Shown piece by piece: positions 40,215-48,300 of a DNA stretch of 64,000 nt. The position numbers were made by a program, and so were the translations under genes. The first letter of the stretch is position 1, and each line of letters opens with the position of its first letter. The notes under the pieces were generated by a model. It had not been told where the DNA came from and made no database searches. It saw only the letters and a program-made list of their open reading frames with translations. Origin of the DNA: a virus; IMG/VR virus record IMGVR_UViG_3300045135_001049, positions 6,348-70,347 of that record. The stretch is one strand, 5' to 3'.

Positions 40215-40693
40215 TTCAAAAGGAAGATGGCAGGTTCTATAAGAAGTGCCCTAGTTGTGAAGAAGAGCAGAGCTATTTGCGTAAAAACTATGCGGTAGAG
40301 TCTGAAAAAGCAGGAAAACTTTGTAAAAAGTGTGCTAACAGGAAGCCAGAAAATAATGCTCATAAAGGGTTTTATAAAGGAGTGTTAAGAGCTTCTTTCG
40401 TACACAAGTATAAAACCGGTGCTGAAACTAGGGGTATTGAGTGGGATGTGTCATTTGAATACTTAGCGGACTTGCTAATTGAACAAGACTTTAAATGTGC
40501 ATTATCTGGCGAAGACCTAGATGCAATGGAAGTATCTAATAATTGCTCTCTTGATCGCATTGATAGCAGTCAAGGGTATGTAAAAGGAAACTTACAATGG
40601 GTTACTTCTATGGTTAATATGTGTAAGCAAGGTTACACCCAAGACGAGTTTATTAATATGTGTAAACAAATTGCTGATAAGGTTAAATGGTAA
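40208..40693 (+). CDS. HNH-type homing endonuclease with N-terminal Zn finger
   Basis: CPSC...CKKC, A..RGIEW, QDFKCALSG, SLDRIDSSQGYVKGNLQWV...VNMCK. Confidence 0.85.
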   Translation: MVIQKEDGRFYKKCPSCEEEQSYLRKNYAVESEKAGKLCKKCANRKPENNAHKGFYKGVLRASFVHKYKTGAETRGIEWDVSFEYLADLLIEQDFKCALSGEDLDAMEVSNNCSLDRIDSSQGYVKGNLQWVTSMVNMCKQGYTQDEFINMCKQIADKVKW

Positions 40694-41043
40694 TGCCTTC
40701 TGATAAAGATTATAGCAATGAGAGTACTATTAAACTCTTAGCCATGCAGCAAGACAAGATGCATGACGACATAAAAGAGATTAACTCTTCGTTGCGCAGT
40801 GTTGCTGATGCTTTACAGAACCTAGCTGTATTAGAGCAGAAGCATGCAGATGCTATGGACACAATTAAACGTGCTCATAGTCGTATTGATAAAGTTGAAA
40901 CAGATGTAAAGACCGAAGTAAAAGGTCATGAAAAAAGAATACAGAACCTTGAGCTACACGACGCTAAAACTGTATGGATTGAACGGTTTGTAATGGTTAT
41001 TTTAGCGGGGATCTTGAGTCTGTGGGTTAAAGGCGGACTTTAA
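40693..41043 (+). CDS. coiled-coil protein with C-terminal TM anchor (possible lysis accessory)
   Basis: Heptad-rich body, AHSRID motif, C-terminal hydrophobic helix. Confidence 0.65.
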   Translation: MPSDKDYSNESTIKLLAMQQDKMHDDIKEINSSLRSVADALQNLAVLEQKHADAMDTIKRAHSRIDKVETDVKTEVKGHEKRIQNLELHDAKTVWIERFVMVILAGILSLWVKGGL

Positions 41044-41339
41044 TGGATACCTCTTTAGCCGTAGCTTACCTAGATGTAGTTAGTGCTCCTATACTTATTG
41101 TTTACGTTTTGTTTTCTTGTACTGCAAGAAAATACCCTTTTACAGTTAGATTTGGGGTATTTACAGCTGCAGTTGGAATGTTAGCACAATCTTATGTAGT
41201 GTTTGCTGGTATGGATCAACTACAGGGATTAGGTACTTTGTGGGCTTTAAAAGATATTGGCCTTAGTATTGTAGCGACATGTATAATTGTTAAATGTGCA
41301 TTCTGGACTATTAAACAACTAGTTAAGGGTAATAAGTAA
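41043..41339 (+). CDS. three-TM membrane protein (holin/antiholin-like)
   Basis: Three hydrophobic segments in 98 aa. Confidence 0.55.
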   Translation: MDTSLAVAYLDVVSAPILIVYVLFSCTARKYPFTVRFGVFTAAVGMLAQSYVVFAGMDQLQGLGTLWALKDIGLSIVATCIIVKCAFWTIKQLVKGNK

Positions 41340-41467
41340 TGGAACAAGGCCTAGCCCAACAGATGGTATATGGCGATGGTGAAGGCCAAAATACCAAACA
41401 TTACTACGCAGGGGTTAAAAAACCTGTGGTAAAAAAGAAAAAAAGCAAGAAAAAGGCTAAAAAATAG
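41339..41467 (+). CDS. 42-aa Lys-rich protein with N-terminal GLA motif (not in ORF track)
   Basis: Read manually: MEQGLAQQMVYGDGEGQNTKHYYAGVKKPVVKKKKSKKKAKK*; TAATG-coupled. Confidence 0.65.
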   Translation: MEQGLAQQMVYGDGEGQNTKHYYAGVKKPVVKKKKSKKKAKK

Positions 41468-41575
41468 TTGTAATCAAAGGTTTATGTGTTATATAATACG
41501 GTCGTATAAACAATAAACGTCTAACGTATTGTTTTATATGAGACATTTTTAATAACATAGACAAAGGATTCATTT

Positions 41576-41881
41576 ATGAACAACCTTAACGACCAGCAAA
41601 TTCTTGAAGTAGAAAATCGATATTGGGCAGACATGTGGGCTTCCCTTGAAAGACTAAAAGAAAATAAAGATTTCCAGAAAGTTATTCTAGAAGGTTATTT
41701 TCGAGATAAAGCCGTAAACGGTGTTAGTCTATTAGCCCAGGATGCTATTGTTGCAGGTGGTCATCGTACTGCTGTTATGGAAGATTTGATTGCTATCTCT
41801 AGCCTAGAAGACTTCTTTGTAACAATCGAGAACCTAGGTACTATCCCTTCTGAAGACGACGAAGACGAAACGATTCAGTAA
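41576..41881 (+). CDS. N4 gp58-like protein
   Basis: LERLKENKDFQKVILEGYF motif; position between portal and scaffold. Confidence 0.7.
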   Translation: MNNLNDQQILEVENRYWADMWASLERLKENKDFQKVILEGYFRDKAVNGVSLLAQDAIVAGGHRTAVMEDLIAISSLEDFFVTIENLGTIPSEDDEDETIQ

Positions 41882-41896
41882 GAAGGAGCATAGACC

Positions 41897-43132
41897 ATGA
41901 GAGATGAAGATTTATGGGATATGTCTGATGATGAGCTTGAGGCGGCCTTTAAGGAAGCCCAAGCTGCAGAACAGTCACCCGATACCGCACTGGAGGAAGA
42001 CGCTCCGGTACTTGAAGAATTTCCTGAGTCAGAACCTTCTATGGAAGACACTGACGAAGAAGTAGAATTTGAAGATGGTCCAGAACAATCTGAAGCTGAA
42101 GATGAAGATCTTGAACTTGAGGACTCCGGCCATGATGCTAGCGACGAATCCGAAACGGACGAAGTAGCTGAGGAAGACGATTCTGAAACTGAAGAGGATG
42201 ATCCCGACGGGGACTCTGAAACAGATGAAGAACCTAGTTCTGATGATGCTGAAGAAGATGAAGAGGAAGAGCAACCAGTACAGACGTACAAGTTTAAAGC
42301 CAACGGCAAAGATTATGAATTCTCTAGCGAAGAGATCGTAGATCAGTTTCCTAGAATCTTTGGGCAGGCAATGGACTACACCAAAAAGATGCAAGCCATC
42401 AAACCTTGGCGTAAAACCATTGATGCTATTGAAGGTGCTAAACTAAATCATGATGACGTAAGTCTAATGATCGATGTACTGAAGGGCGACAAAGGTGCAA
42501 TCACAGAAGTATTGAAACGAACAGGTGTTGATACCCTCGAACTAGATGCGGATGGAGAAAACCCTTATGTGGCTAAGGATTATGGTCGAGACGATAGTGC
42601 CTTGGCTATCAAAGACATTGTCGATGATATCAGCCAAGACGTAGAGTATGCAACGACCCATAATATTTTGTCTAAGGAATGGGACGATAAGTCGTGGAAT
42701 ACCATGGCCCAAAATCCTGAGATGATTAGACTGCTCCATACGGACGTAAAAAGCGGCATGTATAAAACTCTACAGCCGTTAGCTGAAAAGCTAAAAGTTT
42801 ACGATGGCGGCAATAAGTCGGACTTAGACTATTATAAAGAAGCTGCTCAACAGCACTTTAACCAAGTTGCTGAGCAAGAAGCTTACGAAGAGCGTCAAGC
42901 TACTAGACAGGCAGAGCGTGAAGCTAAACTAGCTGCTGCAGAAGCAGAGAAGGCTAGGTTAGAAGAAGTAAAAGCCCAGTCACAAAAGCGAACTGCTACT
43001 AAGCAAGCCTCTGCAAAGCGTAAAGCTGCAGCTCCTACTAAAGCGGCAGCGAGTCGAGATGTAATCGATTATCTTGATGATTCAGATGAAGCATTTGATG
43101 ATTGGTATAAACGATTACAAGAAGACATGTAA
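41897..43132 (+). CDS. N4 gp57-like protein (probable scaffold; often annotated tape measure)
   Basis: Very acidic N-terminus, FKANGK, DYTKKMQAIKPWRK, KRKAAAPTK; directly upstream of capsid. Confidence 0.8.
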   Translation: MRDEDLWDMSDDELEAAFKEAQAAEQSPDTALEEDAPVLEEFPESEPSMEDTDEEVEFEDGPEQSEAEDEDLELEDSGHDASDESETDEVAEEDDSETEEDDPDGDSETDEEPSSDDAEEDEEEEQPVQTYKFKANGKDYEFSSEEIVDQFPRIFGQAMDYTKKMQAIKPWRKTIDAIEGAKLNHDDVSLMIDVLKGDKGAITEVLKRTGVDTLELDADGENPYVAKDYGRDDSALAIKDIVDDISQDVEYATTHNILSKEWDDKSWNTMAQNPEMIRLLHTDVKSGMYKTLQPLAEKLKVYDGGNKSDLDYYKEAAQQHFNQVAEQEAYEERQATRQAEREAKLAAAEAEKARLEEVKAQSQKRTATKQASAKRKAAAPTKAAASRDVIDYLDDSDEAFDDWYKRLQEDM

Positions 43133-43193
43133 AATAAATCATCTTCGGGGAGCATAATGCTCCCCAACACAGCTATAATAGAGGACTATAAAA

Positions 43194-44324
43194 ATGGCTA
43201 CTAACGTATACGGTAACGGCGCAAACAGCACTGCTGGCGCTAATACTATTGTTCACTACTACGACCGTGCTGGTGTTAAAGCGGCTAACCGCGTTAACGT
43301 TTACGGTCAGTTCGCAGACCGTAAGTCTATGCCTAAGAAAATGGGTAAGACTTTCAAGATCTCTAAATTTTTGCACATGTACGACCGTGCACTGAACGAC
43401 GCTGAATTCTCTGCAAAAGGTTTCCTTTCTGCACGTGATATCGCAGACGTAAACACTGCTCTTTCTTCTGCAACTCTTGCTGAAGGTGCTGGTGCAGTTA
43501 ACAAACGTTCATTGCAGAAAGTTACAATGGAAACTAGCTTGGCTCGTTACGGCGAAATGATCGACTACACTGATGAAGTTGAACTTTTCTCTGAAGACGC
43601 TATCCAGGTTCGTTACCGTGAAGAACTAGGTGAGCTTGCAAACTCTCGCATGGAAGACCTTATCCAGCTTGATATGCTTGCAACTGGTACTGTAATGTAC
43701 TCTGGTGCTGCTGCTGCAATCGGTGATGTTGAAGATCGTGTATCTTACGACTTGATCCGTAAAGCTGTTCGCAAACTAGTTCGTAACCGTGCTCAGAAAA
43801 ACACTCAGCTGGTTACTGGCTCTAACAAAATCGATACTCAGACTGTAGCTAAAGCTTACTACGCTGTTATCGGTGCAAACGTTAAGGGTGACCTTGAAAC
43901 TCTGACTCGTGGTACTGTTGCTGACAACGGCACTACTGAGTTCGTTTACATCCCAGCTCACAAGTACGCTTCTGCTGCTACTCTGGCTGAAGGCGAAGTT
44001 GGTGCAATGCACGAAGTTCGTTTCATCGAGTCTGAGTCTGCTGTTGTATACGCTGGCCAGGGTGCTGCTGCAACTGACGCTTCACTGTCAGCTACTGGTG
44101 GTAACTACGATGTATTCCCTATCCTTTTCCCAACTCAGGGTGCATTCGCAACTGTTGGTCTGAAAGGTCAGGATAAGATCAAGTTCAACTCTAAGTCTCC
44201 TGAAGTAGTAGAAAACGCTAACCCATACGGTACTAACGGTTTCTTCTCTTACAATTTCTTCTACGCTGGTATTATCCTTGAAGAAGAAAAACTGCTTAAA
44301 GTTCTGGTTACTGCATCTGCATAA
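43194..44324 (+). CDS. major capsid protein (N4 gp56-like)
   Basis: MPKKMGKT, EDLIQLD, HKYA..GEVG...RFI, YDVFPIL, NPYG..GF.S; strongly biased codons. Confidence 0.93.
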   Translation: MATNVYGNGANSTAGANTIVHYYDRAGVKAANRVNVYGQFADRKSMPKKMGKTFKISKFLHMYDRALNDAEFSAKGFLSARDIADVNTALSSATLAEGAGAVNKRSLQKVTMETSLARYGEMIDYTDEVELFSEDAIQVRYREELGELANSRMEDLIQLDMLATGTVMYSGAAAAIGDVEDRVSYDLIRKAVRKLVRNRAQKNTQLVTGSNKIDTQTVAKAYYAVIGANVKGDLETLTRGTVADNGTTEFVYIPAHKYASAATLAEGEVGAMHEVRFIESESAVVYAGQGAAATDASLSATGGNYDVFPILFPTQGAFATVGLKGQDKIKFNSKSPEVVENANPYGTNGFFSYNFFYAGIILEEEKLLKVLVTASA

Positions 44325-44348
44325 TCTAACTTAGGCTGAGACTATAAG

Positions 44349-44372
44349 AACCCCGCTTCGGCGGGGTTTTTT
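44349..44372 (+). terminator. rho-independent terminator after capsid gene
   Basis: AACCCCGC-TTCG-GCGGGGTT then TTTT. Confidence 0.9.
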
Positions 44373-44464
44373 ATTAAAAAGCTTTACATTTGCGGTAATC
44401 CTATTATATAATGGTGCTGCATTAATAACCTTAACTCTAAATAACCTATGAAGGACTTAGAACT

Positions 44465-44950
44465 ATGTCAACATTACAAGAATTGAAACAAGAAGCTGAT
44501 GAGCTAGGTGTATCGTACGCTAAAAACGTATCTGCTAATAAACTGCAGGAAAAGATCGAAGCGTTTTACGAAGCACAAGAAACTTCAGGCCCTGCTTTAG
44601 AAGAGGTAGTAGCCAAAGAAGAGTCTAAACCTAAGTCAGCTGCTGCAAAAACATTAAGCGATAAGATTGCTGCTGCTAGAGCAAAAGCTGAAGAAACTCG
44701 CATTGTTACTATTATTGATAACGACCAGCGTGTTAACAACCAGACTACTACTTGTACCGTAAACTGTTCAAATGAATACTTTGATCTAGGTACAATTATT
44801 CTTCCTCTTAACGAGAAGATTGAAGTACGTGTTGGACACCTGAAGACGCTAGAGCAGGTAATGATTCCTCTGCACATGCGTGATAACAAGACAGGTCTTT
44901 CGACTGTCAAGATGCGTCCTCGTTACACTATTTCGTACGAAGACCGATAA
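44465..44950 (+). CDS. N4 gp55-like protein
   Basis: LQELKQEADELGVSY...KLQEKI N-terminal HeH motif; follows capsid as in N4. Confidence 0.72.
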   Translation: MSTLQELKQEADELGVSYAKNVSANKLQEKIEAFYEAQETSGPALEEVVAKEESKPKSAAAKTLSDKIAAARAKAEETRIVTIIDNDQRVNNQTTTCTVNCSNEYFDLGTIILPLNEKIEVRVGHLKTLEQVMIPLHMRDNKTGLSTVKMRPRYTISYEDR

Positions 44951-44954
44951 TTGA

Positions 44955-44978
44955 AAGGGCCTACGGGCCCTTACTTTG
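44955..44978 (+). terminator. rho-independent terminator
   Basis: AAGGGCC-TACG-GGCCCTT then ACTTT. Confidence 0.75.
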
Positions 44979-44997
44979 GTATATAAAAGGATGAGCT

Positions 44998-45360
44998 ATG
45001 AGCTGCGATGTAGCTAAATTTACGATCACTAAAGGTTTGGATAACACCTTTGTCTTTACCATCAAAGCTGATGGTTCAACCTTACCTATGGAAATTGAAG
45101 GTAGCGATACTTTTAATGCCCGTCTTATTACTTTAGCAGACGATTCCGTTGTGTTGACTAAATCCCTAGTTGTTACGGACGCCTTAAATGGTAAAGCTTC
45201 TTTGACAATTAGCTCTTCTGAGACTGACTCTCTAGTAAGCGATAAAGGCACAAAATCGGACCGTTACTATTTACGTCCTGTGTATAAGCTAGTTATTGAA
45301 TGCAACACTGTCAATAACGGCGATTTTATTGCAAAGGTGCCAGAAGTTTATGTCGACTAA
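44998..45360 (+). CDS. BppU-N-like beta-sandwich virion protein
   Basis: ITKGLDNTFVFTI...DALNGKASLTISSSET pattern. Confidence 0.55.
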   Translation: MSCDVAKFTITKGLDNTFVFTIKADGSTLPMEIEGSDTFNARLITLADDSVVLTKSLVVTDALNGKASLTISSSETDSLVSDKGTKSDRYYLRPVYKLVIECNTVNNGDFIAKVPEVYVD

Positions 45361-48300
45361 TGTCACTCCTACTATAGACGTAGAATTAGATACTACAGAA
45401 GTAACTAACTTAGATTCTACAGGGCAGATAACTGCTCCTGCAACTACAGAGATTAATTTAAGCGAAACAACGTCTAACGTTGAAGGGTACAAAAAAGAGT
45501 ACTCTGTTATAGGCGATGGTCTGTACGCTTCACTTTCTGTAGATGAAGCGCCTCTATGGCTAACTAGTTTAGTAGATGCTGTAGTAAACGCATCTATTGC
45601 AAATGGTATGACAAACTACGATTTGCTTGTACAAGATGTGCGTAACGCTATTGATTCTATTGATGTAGCAAAAAACACATATGTAGAGCAGATTGATGTA
45701 ACTACTTTAATTGACGGTATTGTAACTAGTAAACTAGAAACCCTTAACGCTACTTATGAAGGTGCTTTTGCTACTAAAGCAGAGCTTTCTACTGCCGTAG
45801 CTACTGCTACTCAATCCTTAGCACAAGACATTACAGACCTTTCTGTAGGTTTTGGTGAAGACTTAACTTCTCGTATTACCGCCGTACAACTAGCGTATGC
45901 TGATGAGGACAGTGCTCTTGCTGATGATATTACGGCTTTAGAATCTGCGTTTGAAGATCAAGAATCTAATGTAGAAGCAGTCTCTACTGCAACTAGTGGT
46001 TTACAAACTTATGTTGGTTTGACGGAAGATGGTGTTCCAAATGGTACAGGCATTCTTTCTTCTGTAGCGTTACTACAAAAACAAGCTGATGGTTTAATTG
46101 AAACTTTTGTTGGTACGCATGAACTTGTCAATAATGACATGGACGGAAATATTGACACAAATGAGTTAAGAACAAACCAGTGGCCTTATGCTTTGTGGCT
46201 TCCTATGGAAGGTACAGTAGATCCTACTTTTACAACTCGTACTGCTTATAAAGATAATGTAGCAGCATCATACCCAGTACCTGAACATACTGTTTACAAA
46301 AATACGGCTAATAATACTTTTTGGGAATACCATCCTGTTACTTATGGTGGTTGGGAACAAATCTTAGAAACAGAGTATTTACTAAGAAAAACAACTGTAA
46401 GGGATTCTCACTTAGGCGATTCTTATATTCGGTACGAAATCGTAAATGGAGCCACTAGTTATGAAGAATCTTACAAGTTTGTTAAAATTGATGTAGATAC
46501 TTCATCTCCTTTTAATACGGATAGTGAAGGGTACTCTTGGGCAGTTGTAAGCGACACTCCTGCGGATGCTGCTTACATTGAAGCGCTTAACGCTTACGCA
46601 CTGGCTGATGGTAAAGTTTCACAGTTTTACGCATGGGGTGGTCCTTATGCTCCTGCAGATTATACTGTTACAAACCCAGACGACACCACAGAAACTATTA
46701 ATGGTGACGACTTTAGTTACTGGTTTAAAGCAAACGGCGAACTACAGTATAAAGTCAACAACGCATGGGTAGCTGTGCCTATTGGCTACGGGGATGGTCC
46801 TCATATTGCAGAAGGTGATGTACTTACTGTATTTGACCCCGACACTAGAGATTACACAAATTACAGACGAAAAGGGACTAGTTGGGCCCAGGTAGGCCCA
46901 ACAGGAATTATTGCTAAGAGCAAATTTTTTGTAGATTTAGACGCTGATGTAAATGGAGCAGATGGTATTGCAGCTGCCCAAGCTAATCTAGAAATTACAG
47001 TCGAAACCTACGCTAAGAGTAGTAATAGTGAAAAATTATCTGGGTTATCTGCCCTAGATGTAGGGTGGACTACAGATGCTTCTGTTACTTATGCTGAATC
47101 AGATGCAAATCCTATAGGAGCTTGTCAAACTTTTACATATGCAGAAGCGGTTGCTTTTGCGGAGTCTAAAGGTTTAAGGCTTCCTACTCTTTTAGAGGTT
47201 AAAGGGGGTTTAGGCCAAGGTACGGGTTGTAGCTACGATTCAGCACAAATTTGGACTTCTACACCAGGGGTAACTCCTGGTACTCATTATAGTTGTAGAG
47301 GTAATTATTCAGATCCTGATACAGATATTATAGAAGAAGACGATACTGCAGTACGAGCATGTCGTTTTGTTGCTGATAGTCATGATAAATTAACTGCAGC
47401 AACTTTACACGCGCAAACTAAGTTTGAATATAATGCTCCTGTTACAATTAATGGTATCACACAGAATGCAGGTTTTGGTCTTGTAAACGAGCTAAGCTCT
47501 GTTGAAAATGGACCAGCAACAGGCAGCAGTGAATTCTGGGTGGCTGCTGATAGATTCAAAATAATGAATCCCGACAATACGGCTAACTATGCTGCGTTTT
47601 CTATTAATGACGATGGCGGGCTTACACTAAGCACTAGTTATACAGAAGCAACACGTAATGAACCTAGGGGCGCGTATAATAGCTCCACTAGTTATGTAAG
47701 AGGCGATGTTGTTACGTTTAACAACTCGAGCTACACAGCACTTAAAAGCCTTACAAATGTAACTCCTAGTAATGATGGTGTTAACTGGCAGCTCCTTGCC
47801 TCGCAAGGTATGACTGCTTTATTGTATGAGTGGGAAGGATCTGATGCTTGGCCTGCAAGTACAACTGAAGCTAGTGCAGACACGCATTCTTTTGATTCGA
47901 ATTTTGCAGGTAATGTAATTATCAGGGTACTTGCTAACGACGCGGAAGGCGGCGTTAGGATTAAATTTAATGATAGCGTAGAAGTACCATTTTCTCGTAC
48001 TCTTGGAAATGCCACTGATGAATGGTACCAGTTTAATTTTACTAATCTAGTAGCTGGTACAAATACTATTAAGTTTTGGGCTTCTACTGGTGATGGTGGG
48101 TCTGTTAAACGAATTGAAGTAGCGTTTGTAGGTGCTGAGGGTGTGGATGGGGCTTACACAGATTTTCTATTTACTAGAAAAAGTTCTACCCCTTCCGATC
48201 CTGACGGTGCTGATACTTGGTACACTAACGTAGTTGATGTGCCAAGTGGTGCTGGTGATTTATGGTCTATTAAAAAAGTAGTATCTGCTGGGGGCATTTC

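Noticed and set aside
40190-40700. Group I intron around the HNH gene
   Set aside because: No non-coding space for an intron core; the HNH ORF overlaps both neighbours
41875-42394. Ser-rich and Phe-rich antisense ORFs
   Set aside because: Mirror of GAA/GAT-rich acidic codons in the scaffold gene
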